Of a stretch of DNA of 64,000 bases, positions 13,005 through 25,875 are shown in pieces (the stretch's first letter is position 1; every line of letters begins with the position of its first letter). The translations under genes were made by a program, and so were the position numbers. The DNA comes from Macrostomum lignano (lineage: Eukaryota). Under the pieces are notes generated by a model. It was not told the origin of the DNA. It saw nothing but the letters and a program-made list of their open reading frames with translations, and ran no database searches. The stretch is from positions 27,573-91,572 of the forward strand of contig NIVC01000473.1 of the NCBI GenBank assembly GCA_002269645.1, read 5' to 3'.

Positions 13005-16000
13005 TCAGGCTCGATAAATGTAAACGCTCATGTCGACCTCGTCGCGTCTTAAATAGTCGTTCTGTATCATCCAGTCTATTTGTTCTTTGATCATCTTGCG
13101 GCTTGGCACAAACTGGCGAGCTAGTAGGCGGATTAACTCGCTGCAGAGTTCGGCGTTGTGCATCCGCTTGCGAGACTTCATTATGGTCACTATGGCCTCC
13201 TGGGGGATAGGGCGAAAGTTATTGTGAATACATGTGTGATTTGTGAAGCTGTAGTGAATGCCAGTGTGATTTGTGAAGCTGTAGTGAATGCCTGTGTGAT
13301 TTGTAAAGCTGTAGTGAATGCCTGTGTGATTTGTGAAGCTGTAGTGAATGCCAGTGTGATTTGTGAAGCTGTAGTGAATGCCTGTGTGATTTGTAAAGCT
13401 GTAGTGAATGCCTGTGTGATTTGTGAAGCTGTAGTGAATGCATGTGTGATTTTTGAAGCTGTAGTGAATGTCTGTGTGATTTGTGAAGCTGTAGTGAATG
13501 CATGTGTGATTTTTGAAGCTGTAGTGAATACATGTGTGATTTGTGAAGCTGTAGTGAGTGTCTGTGTGATTTGTGAAGAAGTAGTGAATTCATGTGTGAT
13601 TTGTGAAGCTGTAGTGAATGCCTGTGTGATTTGTGAAGCTGTAGTGAATACTTGTGTGATTTGTGAAGCTGTAGTGAATGCCTGTGGGATTTGTGAAGCT
13701 GTAGTGAATACTTGTGTGATTTGTGAAGCTGTAGTGAATGCATGTCTGATTTGTGAAGCTGTAGTGAATACATGTGTGATTTGTGAAGCTGTAGTGAGTG
13801 TCTGTGTAATTTGTGAAGCTGTAGTGTCTGTGTGATTTGTAAAGCTGTAGTGAATACTTGTGTGATTTGTAAAGCTGTAGTGAATGCGTGTGTGATTTGT
13901 GAAGCTGTAGTGAATTCATGTGTGATTTGTGAAGCTGTAGTGAATGTCTGTGTGATTTGTGAAGCAGTAGTGAATGTCTGTGTGATTTGTGAAGCTGTAG
14001 TGAATGCCAGTGTGATTTGTGAAGCTGTAGTGAATGCCTGTGTGATTTGTGAAGCTGTAGTGAATGTCTGTGATTTGTGAAGCTGTAGTGAATGCATGTG
14101 TGATTTTTGAAGCTGTAGTGAATGTCTGTGTGATTTGTGAAGCAGTAGTGAATGTCTGTGTGATTTGTGAAGCTGTAGTGAATACTTGTGTGATTTGTAA
14201 AGCTGTAGTGAATGCATGTGTGATTTGTGAAGCTGTAGTGAATACATGTGTGATTTGTGAAGCTGTAGTGAGTGTCTGTGTAATTTGTGAAGCTGTAGTG
14301 TCTGTGTGATTTGTAAAGCTGTAGTGAATACTTGTGTGATTTGTGAAGCTGTAGTGAATGCGTGTGTGATTTGTGAAGCTGTAGTGAATTCATGTGTGAT
14401 TTGTGAAGCTGTAGTGAATGCCTGTGTGATTTGTGAAGCTGTAGTGAATGCCTGTGTGATTTGTGAAGCTGTAGTGAATGCATGTGTGATTTTTGAAGCT
14501 GTAGTGAATGTCTGTGATTTGTGAAGCTGTAGTGAATGTCTTTGTGATTTGTGAAGCTGTAGTGAATGTCTGTGTGATTTGTGAAGCTGTAGTGAATGTC
14601 TGTGTGATTTGTGAAGCTGTAGTGAATGCCTGTGTGATTTGTAAAGCTGTAGTGAATACTTGTGTGATTTGTGAAGCTGTAGTGAATGCGTGTGTGATTT
14701 GTGAAGCTGTAGTGAATTCATGTGTGATTTGTGAAGCTGTAGTGAATGTCTGTGTGATTTGTAAAGCAGTAGTGAATGTCTGTGTGATTTGTGAAGCTGT
14801 AGTGAATACATGTGTGATTTGTGAAGCTGTAGTGAATGCCTGTGTGATTTGTGAAGCTGTAGTGAATGCATGTCTGATTTGTGAAGCTGTAGTGAATACA
14901 TGTGTGATTTGTGAAGCTGTAGTGAGTGTCTGTGTGATTTGTGAAGCTGTAGTGAATGCCAGTGTGATTTGTGAAGCTGTAGTGAGTGTCTGTGTGATTT
15001 GTGAAGCTGTAGTGAATGTCTGTGTGATTTGTGAAGCTGTAGTGAATGTCTTTGTGATTTGTGAAGCTGTAGTGAATGTCTGTGTGATTTGTGAAGCTGT
15101 AGTGAATGTCTGTGTGATTTGTGAAGCTGTAGTGAATGCCTGTGTGATTTGTAAAGCTGTAGTGAATACTTGTGTGATTTGTGAAGCTGTAGTGAATGCG
15201 TGTGTGATTTGTGAAGCTGTAGTGAATTCATGTGTGATTTGTGAAGCTGTAGTGAATGTCTGTGTGATTTGTGAAGCAGTAGTGAATGTCTGTGTGATTT
15301 GTAAAGCTGTAGTGAATGCCAGTGTGATTTGTGAAGCTGTAGTGAATGTCTGTGTGATTTGTGAAGCTGTAGTGAATACTTGTGTGATTTGTGAAGCTGT
15401 AGTGAATGCCTGTGGGATTTGTGAAGCTGTAGTGAATACTTGTGTGATTTGTGAAGCTGTAGTGAATGCATGTCTGATTTGTGAAGCTGTAGTGAATACA
15501 TGTGTGATTTGTGAAGCTGTAGTGAGTGTCTGTGTAATTTGTGAAGCTGTAGTGTCTGTGTGATTTGTAAAGCTGTAGTGAATACTTGTGTGATTTGTGA
15601 AGCTGTAGTGAATGCGTGTGTGATTTGTGAAGCTGTAGTGAATTCATGTGTGATTTGTGAAGCTGTAGTGAATGTCTGTGTGATTTGTGAAGCAGTAGTG
15701 AATGTCTGTGCGATTTGTAAAGCTGTAGTGAATGCCAGTGTGATTTGTGAAGCTGTAGTGAATGCCTGTGTGATTTGTGAAGCTGTAGTGAATGTCTGTG
15801 ATTTGTGAAGCTGTAGTGAATGCATGTGTGATTTTTGAAGCTGTAGTGAATGTCTGTGTGATTTGTGAAGCAGTAGTGAATGTCTGTGTGATTTGTGAAG
15901 CTGTAGTGAATACTTGTGTGATTTGTGAAGCTGTAGTGAATGCATGTCTGATTTGTGAAGCTGTAGTGAATACATGTGTGATTTGTGAAGCTGTAGTGAG

Positions 16001-19000
16001 TGTCTGTGTAATTTGTGAAGCTGTAGTGTCTGTGTGATTTGTAAAGCTGTAGTGAATACTTGTGTGATTTGTGAAGCTGTAGTGAATGCGTGTGTGATTT
16101 GTGAAGCTGTAGTGAATTCATGTGTGATTTGTGAAGCTGTAGTGAATGTCTGTGTGATTTGTGAAGCAGTAGTGAATGTCTGTGTGATTTGTGAAGCTGT
16201 AGTGAATGCCAGTGTGATTTGTGAAGCTGTAGTGAATGCCTGTGTGATTTGTTAAGCTGTAGTGAATGCCTGTGTGATTTGTGAAGCTGTAGTGAATGCA
16301 TGTGTGATTTTTGAAGCTGTAGTGAATGTCTGTGATTTGTGAAGCTGTAGTGAATGCATGTGTGATTTTTGAAGCTGTAGTGAATACATGTGTGATTTGT
16401 GAAGCTGTAGTGAGTGTCTGTGTGATTTGTGAAGCTAAAGTAATAGCATGTGTGATTTGTGAAGAAGTAGTGAATTCATGTGTGATTTGTGAAGCTGTAG
16501 TGAATGCCTGTGTGATTTGTGAAGCTGTAGTGAATACATGTGTGATTTGTGAAGCTGTAGTGAATACATGTGTGATTTGTGAAGCTGTAGTGAATGTCTG
16601 TGATTTGTGAAGCTGTAGTGAATGCCTGTGTGATTTGTGAAGCTGTAGTGAATGCATGTCTGATTTGTGAAGCTGTAGTGAATACATGTGTGATTTGTGA
16701 AGCTGTAGTGAGTGTCTGTGTAATTTGTGAAGCTGTAGTGTCTGTGTGATTTGTGAAGCTGTAGTGAGTGTCTGTGTGATTTGTGAAGCTGTAGTGAATG
16801 TCTGTGTGATTTGTGAAGCTGTAGTGAATGTCTTTGTGATTTGTGAAGCTGTAGTGAATGTCTGTGTGATTTGTGAAGCTGTAGTGAATGTCTGTGTGAT
16901 TTGTGAAGCTGTAGTGAATGCCTGTGTGATTTGTAAAGCTGTAGTGAATACTTGTGTGATTTGTGAAGCTGTAGTGAATGCGTGTGTGATTTGTGAAGCT
17001 GTAGTGAATTCATGTGTGATTTGTGAAGCTGTAGTGAATGTCTGTGTGATTTGTGAAGCAGTAGTGAATGTCTGTGTGATTTGTGAAGCTGTAGTGAATG
17101 CCAGTGTGATTTGTGAAGCTGTAGTGAATGCATGTGTGATTTTTGAAGCTGTAGTGAATGTCTGTGTGATTTGTGAAGCAGTAGTGAATGTCTGTGTGAT
17201 TTGTGAAGCTGTAGTGAATACTTGTGTGATTTGTGAAGCTGTAGTGAATGCATGTCTGATTTGTGAAGCTGTAGTGAATACATGTGTGATTTGTGAAGCT
17301 GTAGTGAGTGTCTGTGTAATTTGTGAAGCTGTAGTGTCTGTGTGATTTGTAAAGCTGTAGTGAATACTTGTGTGATTTGTGAAGCTGTAGTGAATGCGTG
17401 TGTGATTTGTGAAGCTGTAGTGAATTCATGTGTGATTTGTGAAGCTGTAGTGAATGTCTGTGTGATTTGTGAAGCAGTAGTGAATGTCTGTGTGATTTGT
17501 GAAGCTGTAGTGAATGCCAGTGTGATTTGTGAAGCTGTAGTGAATGCCTGTGTGATTTGTTAAGCTGTAGTGAATGCCTGTGTGATTTGTGAAGCTGTAG
17601 TGAATGCATGTGTGATTTTTGAAGCTGTAGTGAATGTCTGTGATTTGTGAAGCTGTAGTGAATGCATGTGTGATTTTGAAGCTGTAGTGAATACATGTGT
17701 GATTTGTGAAGCTGTAGTGAGTGTCTGTGTGATTTGTGAAGCTAAAGTAATAGCATGTGTGATTTGTGAAGAAGTAGTGAATTCATGTGTGATTTGTGAA
17801 GCTGTAGTGAATGCCTGTGTGATTTGTGAAACTGTAGTGAATGCCTGTGTGATTTGTGAAGCTGTAGTGAATACATGTGTGATTTGTGAAGCTGTAGTGA
17901 ATACATGTGTGATTTGTGAAGCTGTAGTGAATGTCTGTGATTTGTGAAGCTGTAGTGAATGCCTGTGTGATTTGTGAAGCTGTAGTGAATGCATGTCTGA
18001 TTTGTGAAGCTGTAGTGAATACATGTGTGATTTGTGAAGCTGTAGTGAGTGTCTGTGTAATTTGTGAAGCTGTAGTGTCTGTGTGATTTGTGAAGCTGTA
18101 GTGAGTGTCTGTGTGATTTGTGAAGCTGTAGTGAATGTCTGTGTGATTTGTGAAGCTGTAGTGAATGTCTTTGTGATTTGTGAAGCTGTAGTGAATGTCT
18201 GTGTGATTTGTGAAGCTGTAGTGAATGTCTGTGTGATTTGTGAAGCTGTAGTGAATGCCTGTGTGATTTGTAAAGCTGTAGTGAATACTTGTGTGATTTG
18301 TGAAGCTGTAGTGAATGCGTGTGTGATTTGTGAAGCTGTAGTGAATGTCTGTGTGATTTGTGAAGCTGTAGTGAATGTCTGTGTGATTTGTGAAGCAGTA
18401 GTGAATGTCTGTGTGATTTGTGAAGCTGTAGTGAATGCCAGTGTGATTTGTGAAGCTGTAGTGAATGTCTGTGTGATTTGTGAAGCTGTAGTGAATGCCT
18501 GTGTGATTTGTGAAGCTGTAGTGAATGCATGTGTGATTTTTGAAGCTGTAGTGAATGTCTGTGATTTGTGAAGCTGTAGTGAATTCATGTGTGATTTTTG
18601 AAGCTGTAGTGAATACATGTGTGATTTGTGAAGCTGTAGTGAGTGTCTGTGTGATTTGTGAAGCTAAAGTAATAGCATGTGTGATTTGTGAAGAAGTAGT
18701 GAATTCATGTGTGATTTGTGAAGCTGTAGTGAATGCCTGTGTGATTTGTGAAACTGTAGTGAATGCCTGTGTGATTTGTGAAGCTGTAGTGAATACATGT
18801 GTGATTTGTGAAGCTGTAGTGAATTCATGTGTGATTTGTGAAGCTGTAGTGAATGTCTGTGATTTGTGAAGCTGTAGTGAATGCCTGTGTGATTTGTGAA
18901 GCTGTAGTGAATGCATGTCTGATTTGTGAAGCTGTAGTGAATACATGTGTGATTTGTGAAGCTGTAGTGAGTGTCTGTGTAATTTGTGAAGCTGTAGTGT

Positions 19001-22000
19001 CTGTGTGATTTGTGAAGCTGTAGTGAGTGTCTGTGTGATTTGTGAAGCTTTAGTGAACACCTGTGTGATTTGTGAAGCTGTAGTGAATGCCTGTGTGATT
19101 TGTGAAGCTGTAGTGAATGTCTGTGTGATTTGTGAAGCTGTAGTGAATACTTGTGTGATTTGTGAAGCTGTAGTGAATGCATGTCTGATTTGTGAAGCTG
19201 TAGTGAATACATGTGTGATTTGTGAAGCTGTAGTGAGTGTCTGTGTAATTTGTGAAGCTGTAGTGTCTGTGTGATTTGTGAAGCTGTAGTGAGTGTCTGT
19301 GTGATTTGTGAAGCTTTAGTGAACACCTGTGTGATTTGTGAAGCTGTAGTGAATGCCTGTGTGATTTGTGAAGCTGTAGTGAATGTCTGTGTGATTTGTG
19401 AAGCTGTAGTGAATGTCTTTGTGATTTGTGAAGCTGTAGTGAATGTCTGTGTGATTTGTGAAGCTGTAGTGAATGTCTGTGTGATTTGTGAAGCTGTAGT
19501 GAATGCCTGTGTGATTTGTAAAGCTGTAGTGAATACTTGTGTGATTTGTGAAGCTGTAGTGAATGCGTGTGTGATTTGTGAAGCTGTAGTGAATTCATGT
19601 GTGATTTGTGAAGCTGTAGTGAATGTCTGTGTGATTTGTGAAGCAGTAGTGAATGTCTGTGTGATTTGTGAAGCTGTAGTGAATGCCAGTGTGATTTGTG
19701 AAGCTGTAGTGAATGCCTGTGTGATTTGTGAAGCTGTAGTGAATGCCTGTGTGATTTGTGAAGCTGTAGTGAATGCATGTGTGATTTTTGAAGCTGTAGT
19801 GAATGTCTGTGATTTGTGAAGCTGTAGTGAATGCATGTGTGATTTTTGAAGCTAAAGTAATAGCATGTGTGATTTGTGAAGAAGTAGTGAATTCATGTGT
19901 GATTTGTGAAGCTGTAGTGAATGCCTGTGTGATTTGTGAAACTGTAGTGAATGCCTGTGTGATTTGTGAAGCTGTAGTGAATACATGTGTGATTTGTGAA
20001 GCTGTAGTGAATACATGTGTGATTTGTGAAGCTGTAGTGAATGTCTGTGATTTGTGAAGCTGTAGTGAATGCCTGTGTGATTTGTGAAGCTGTAGTGAAT
20101 GCATGTCTGATTTGTGAAGCTGTAGTGAATACATGTGTGATTTGTGAAGCTGTAGTGAGTGTCTGTGTAATTTGTGAAGCTGTAGTGTCTGTGTGATTTG
20201 TGAAGCTGTAGTGAGTGTCTGTGTGATTTGTGAAGCTTTAGTGAACACCTGTGTGATTTGTGAAGCTGTAGTGAATGCCTGTGTGATTTGTGAAGCTGTA
20301 GTGAATGTCTGTGTGATTTGTGAAGCTGTAGTGAATGTCTTTGTGATTTGTGAAGCTGTAGTGAATGTCTGTGTGATTTGTGAAGCTGTAGTGAATGTCT
20401 GTGTGATTTGTGAAGCTGTAGTGAATGCCTGTGTGATTTGTAAAGCTGTAGTGAATACTTGTGTGATTTGTGAAGCTGTAGTGAATGCGTGTGTGATTTG
20501 TGAAGCTGTAGTGAATTCATGTGTGATTTGTGAAGCTGTAGTGAATGTCTGTGTGATTTGTGAAGCAGTAGTGAATGTCTGTGTGATTTGTGAAGCTGTA
20601 GTGAATGTCTGTGTGATTTGTGAAGCTGTAGTGAATGTCTGTGTGATTTGTGAAGCTGTAGTGAATGCCTGTGTGATTTGTGAAGCTGTAGTGAATGTCT
20701 GTGTGATTTGTGAAGCTGTAGTGAATGTCTTTGTGATTTGTGAAGCTGTAGTGAATGCATGTGTGATTTGTGAAGCTGTAGTGAATGTCTGTGTGATTTG
20801 TGAAGCAGTAGTGAATGTCTGTGTGATTTGTGAAGCTGTAGTGAATGCATGTGTGATTTGTGAAGCTGTAGTGAATGTCTGTGTGATTTGTGAAGCTGTA
20901 GTGAATGCGTGTGTGATTTGTGACTGCAGAGTGACAATGAAGAGTGAAAACGGCAGAGTGACAAACTGCAGGGACAGTAAAGAATGACAAACTGCAGTGA
21001 CAGTGAAGAGTGACAAACTGCAATGATAGTGAAGAGTGACAAACTGCAGTGACAGTGAAGAGTGACAAACTGCAGTGACAGTGAAGAGTGACAAACTGCA
21101 GTGATAGTGAAGAGTGACAAACTGCAGTGACAGTGAAGAGTGACAAACTGCAGTGACAGTGAATAGTGACAAACTGCAGAGACAGTTAAGAGTGACAAAC
21201 TGCAGTGTGGCAGTAAAGAAGAGAAGAGTGAAAATGTGACAGTGAAAAATCATGTTTGTGAACAGCCAATAACAGAGCACAGTCTTATTGTTACCTGCAC
21301 CCGAAGCACGCGCAGGTGAACAATCTCTTCATTCTCTTCTTCGCGCACTTTCTCAGTCTGCAGCTGTAGCCGGCCAATCAAATTGAGCTTGCCGCGCTTC
21401 TGTACTTTTTTGTTTTTGCTGAAAATAATTTATAATGCATAATATTGTGTGTATTGTAGATCTGACTTTGCACAATGGCATTCGTTGAATATATTAGTCC
21501 ATCTAGTCATGATCCTCTAAGCCACTGAAGTACAGGTAGCATTGGTAGAGGTACTTTAACCACATCTACAGTTCATTCACCATTTTACAAGTCTATCTAC
21601 CGGTCCTGCTAATAATTTAGTTTCCCTACCTTTAAATACGTACTAAATTTTACCCTAACCTTCTCACCCCACCCTAACTGTGCCCTACTTTATCTCTGAA
21701 CCAAAGGTACCTTTATCTTACCCCAACCCTACCTAACCTAGCCTACCCGGCCTTACCCTTATCTCTCTTATCCTACGTCCTCCATTCCCACTACCGTACC
21801 TTCCCTAATCTAACCTTACCCTACCCCCTACCCTACCCTACTCCAAACATACTCTACTCCAACCTATCATTTTCCAACCTACACTACTTCCCTTACCCTA
21901 CCCTGTCTTTCATTTTTCAACAGAAACTACCTCCCCTACCTCAACCAACCCTACCTCCCCTAGCCCAACCAACCCTACCTCCCCTAGCCCAACCAACCCT

Positions 22001-25000
22001 ACCTCCCCTACCCCAACCTACCCTAACTTCTCTAAGCCAACCTACACTACCTACCCAAGCTCCCCAACCCCAACCAATTCCCCCCTTAGCAACTCACACA
22101 AGGCAGAAGCCATTATTAAGCCAGAACACGGTGGCCGGATTAAAATCCCTAGCCGAAGACACCTCGGGAGAGTAGCACAGCAGCTGATGGGCCAGTTTAG
22201 GATAGGCCACCAGCGACCAAAGCGTCCGACGCAGCTCTCCGTCTGGCAGCTCCGTGGCCAGCCGCAGACTTTCAAAGCTAATCCGATCGTGCCGCCGAGA
22301 ATTCCAAGCGTACAACACCGCCATCTGGAAGGTGGTCACGTCGATGTCATATTTACCAATGTCGCTATCAAAGGTCAGAGTGCCATTAGACATTAGATGA
22401 TTCCAGTGCAGCCTCCGGCCAAGATGCTTCTGCTTGTAGAAATCTTCAACGCGAGGCACAAAATCCTCCAGTTCCCGAGGCAGAGTAACGGCAATACGCT
22501 CCGACGGTCGAAGCCACGAGCCCATGTTGAGTATCTTGATGCCAACAGTCTCGGCCATGGCTTCCTGACTATTATTACGCAACTGCTCCTTGAATTCTTG
22601 ATTAAGATCGCCGGACACTTTCACGTCTTGGAACATCCTAGCCAGCTTGTTGACGTACTCGGCTGGCATGCCGCCCTCTCGAAGCCAGTCGACCATGGCT
22701 TCTTCTTTCTCCGTGTCAGCCGAACTGTCTAGTATCAGGCGCCTTGTCAGGTGGGCCTTGTGATACTTCATAAATACGTCCTTGTTTTGCACGTATTTTA
22801 GCACTAATAGCACGTCTTTTAGGCGCTTCTCCACCTGTGCGGGTAGGTGCGGGGTGTCATTGAGGTGTCAGACGGCGCTTAAGTTTCATGTGGAGCTAAA
22901 ATGTCAGACGGAGCTAACGAGAGTATCAGACGGAGCTAGAATGTCAGACGGATCTAATAAATTTTCAGACAGAGCTAATGAAAGTGTCAGACGGAGCTAA
23001 TGAAAGTGTCAGACGAAACTAATGAAATTGTCAGACAGAGCTAATGAAAGTGTCAGACAGAGCTAATGAAAGTGTCAGACGGAGCTAATGAAAGTGTCAG
23101 ACAGAGCTAATGAAAGTGTCAGACGGAGCTAACGAGAGTATCAGACGGAGCTAGAGTGTCAGACAGAGCTAATGAAAGTGTCAGACAGAGCTAATGAAAG
23201 TGTCAGACGGAGCTAATGAAAGTGTCAGACAGAGCTGAAGTGTCAGGTGGAGCTTAAGTGTCAGATGAAGCTAACTGAAATGCCAGACGGAGCTTAATGA
23301 AGTGTCAGACGAAACTAATTAAAGTGTCAGACGGAGCTTAATGAAAGTGTCAGACAGAGCTAATGAAAGTTCAGACAGAGCTAATGAAGTGTCAGACGGA
23401 GCTAATGAAAGTTCAGACAGAGCTGATGAAAGTGTCAGACGGAGCTAATGAAAGTTCAGACAGAGCTGAAGTGTCAGGTGAAGCTAACTGAAATGTCAGA
23501 CGGAGCTTAATGAAGTGTCAGACGAAACTAATTAAAGTGTCAGACGGAGCTTTAAAAAGTGTTAATCCACTAAGTTCAATAACGCTTTAATTTAAACACC
23601 TAACGAAGACGTGAATCAAAACAAACCAAACGTTTTACTTACCTCGTCAGACGTAAGCCGCTTACTCAGTGGAGTCTTCCTCAACAGCATGTCGCAATAG
23701 TTAGCCAGCTGCTCCGGACACCTGGACTCCGGCAGGGTTTTACCTCCGGCAGCTTTCTTAGTTGGCAATTCTAATCGAAACACTGACGTATCGTTAACGA
23801 TAGCCTCGTAGGCGATATCGCGAGACGTAAGAAACCTCGGATCGTTGCTAAACGCCCGATCTACCAAGCTGCTGAACTGCTCGAATAAGTCTAGCAGTTT
23901 CTCTACGTACTGCTCAGAGTCTGACAGGATCAGCTGAGCGCTAGCAACCATGTTCTCGAGGCCTTTCTGACGGATGTGCCGTTCCAGTGCCTCTCGCATC
24001 GGTTGGACACCGTCTGGCACGCGGTCCAGAAGGCTGAACATCAGGCGGAGCCGCTCCGTTTGACCTTCGTTTATCATCGGCTCGCACTCTTGCAGGATGG
24101 CCTCTTTAAAGGCGCTTACCTGCGGGGGAAATTTTTGGAGAAATTGGTTTGGAGGTGACACTGGAGATACGGAATCTGCCTCAATGCTAATCGAATCTGC
24201 CTCAGTGCTAATTGAATCTGCCTCAATACTAATTGAATCTGCCTCAATGCTAATTGAATCTGCCTCACCACTACTTGAATCTGCCTCACAAGTACTTGAG
24301 TCTGCCTCACCACTACTTGAGTCTGCTTCGCTTCCCTCTATATATTCAGGATTCTAAGAAAGCAGACTCACCAGAACATCCACGCATCTAGCAACCAGCT
24401 TAGACACAGAATTGCAGCCCGGCTTGGTCTCCAAATACCGCTTCGCTCTGTCCTCCTCTTCTTTAAGCTTCTTATCAGCGTACTCCATGTACTCTTGCAC
24501 GCCTCGCATGTTCAGATGCTGATTGGCTTGAGTCCGGTAGAAAGTTTCCGTGCTGTCTAAATACGAGCGCTCGAAATTGTCCTCGTAGATACGCAGGCGT
24601 TCGTCCGAGCTCGGACTGAGATTAACGTAGCTCTCGCGAACTCCAATCACAAGGCCAGCGTCAATGGGCTCGCCGCGGCGTTCCTGCTCCACCAGCTTCA
24701 TAGCGGAGGCCTGGGGAAGGGGGAGAAGTCGATTTGAATGAAATTTTTAAAAGAAAATGGATCAAGAAATACAGAATGGATTGCTAATCTAGCCAACGTC
24801 ATGGATGAAGGCATAGAATGGATTGCTAATCTAGCCAACGTCATGGATGAAGGAACAGAATGGATTGCTAATCTAGCCAGCATCATGGATAAAGGCATAG
24901 AATGGATTGCTAATCTGGCCAACGTCATGGATGAAGGAATAGAATGGATTGCTAATCTAGCCAGCATCATGGATAAAGGCATAGAATGGATTGCTAATCT

Positions 25001-25875
25001 AGCCAACGTCATGGATGAAGGCATATAATGGATTGCTAATCTAGCCAACACCATAGATGAAGGCATAGAATGGATTGCTAATCTAGCCAACACAGTGGAT
25101 GAAGGAACAGAATGGATTGCTAATCTAGCCAACATCATGGATAAAGGCATAGAATGGATTGCTAATCTAGCCAACGTCATGGATAAAGACATAGAATGGA
25201 TTGCTAATCTAGCCAACACAGTGGATGAAGGAACAGAATGAATTGCTAATATTGCAGGAAAGCTCGTTCTACAGCCAGCGCTGAGGCGATTCCGCCATTC
25301 TGCTGACTCCTGACCACACACAAGCGCGCCAACACTGTACGCAGGCACAAACTCGTACACCCGCTCACACAGGGTGTACAGCGGCCTGAGTTTATAATTC
25401 GTCAGGGTTGTCAATGACTCACCTGCAATCTGTGCTTAATATCCATGAAGATATTCTGATTCCAAGCCTTCAACATGATTTTAGTGACATAGCGACTCTC
25501 TTTAGCCGACTTTTTAGACGGTCCAGTGTGCATCTTGACACCTAAAGTGCTTTCCACTTGGCTAAACGGCTTGGGCAGGTACTCGCATAGAGTGAAGAAC
25601 TTCTTCCATTCAACTATGTAGGCCTTCAAAAGGGCGCTATCTTCTTGGTGCTGCATAACTCGCCTCTCAGCATCTTTAACATAGCCAGTGATAACCTCAT
25701 CTAAAGCAGTGATAAGCTTCTGTGGGCCGCTCTCGTCCCAGACGCTGATATTGTGCACAGCAGCAAACAGGTCGTGCCATTCTGCTTTGCTAACATTCTG
25801 CTGATAAAGCAACTTCTGAAGTGTGCCATGAACTGCTGGCCACTTGCTTTCAAACGATGTGTCAGCTTTTTGCAT
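13005..25875 (-). CDS. CUL5: Cullin-5 (774 aa)
   Basis: Exons 25875-25423, 24710-24372, 24119-23643, 22834-22098, 21418-21295, 13199-13005 (2325 nt, phases consistent). Motifs FESKW...LHNISVWD-like N-terminus, LKAYIVEWKKFF, SRCPEQLANYCDMLLRKTPLSK, NKDVFMKYHKAHLTRRLIL, KRGKLNLIGRLQL and IMKSRK (neddylation Lys) are CUL5-like. Confidence 0.96.
13219..20925. repeat. ~7.7-kb 30-bp satellite (TGTGTGATTTGTGAAGCTGTAGTGAATGCC) filling the last CUL5 intron
   Basis: Roughly 250+ units with 28-bp variants; produces the VICEAVVN/HSLQLHKS/FTTASQIT ORFs. Confidence 0.98.
20926..21245. repeat. 26-bp minisatellite (AGTGACAAACTGCAGTGACAGTGAAG) abutting the 30-bp satellite
   Basis: 26-nt period visible at 21061-21180. 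Confidence 0.9.
21700..22085. repeat. C-rich low-complexity / ~24-bp repeat (CCCTACCTCCCCTAGCCCAACCAA) in CUL5 intron
   Basis: Directly visible purine/pyrimidine-skewed tract. Confidence 0.75.
22860..23550. repeat. 22-bp minisatellite (AAAGTGTCAGACGGAGCTAATG) in CUL5 intron
   Basis: About 30 visible units. Confidence 0.92.
24165..24330. repeat. 21-bp minisatellite (GAATCTGCCTCAATGCTAATT) in CUL5 intron
   Basis: About 8 visible units. Confidence 0.88.
24770..25250 (-). repeat. 42-bp minisatellite in the first coding intron of CUL5; reverse complement of the 10.4-12.6 kb array
   Basis: GAATGGATTGCTAATCTAGCCAAC here is the reverse complement of GTTGGCTAGATTAGCAATCCATTC there; about 11 units. 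Confidence 0.93.

Noticed and set aside
13158-21280. Very long ORFs (up to 918 aa) such as VICEAVVN / HSLQLHKS repeats
   Set aside because: Stop-free translations of the 30-bp satellite inside a well-supported CUL5 intron; open in several frames on both strands.
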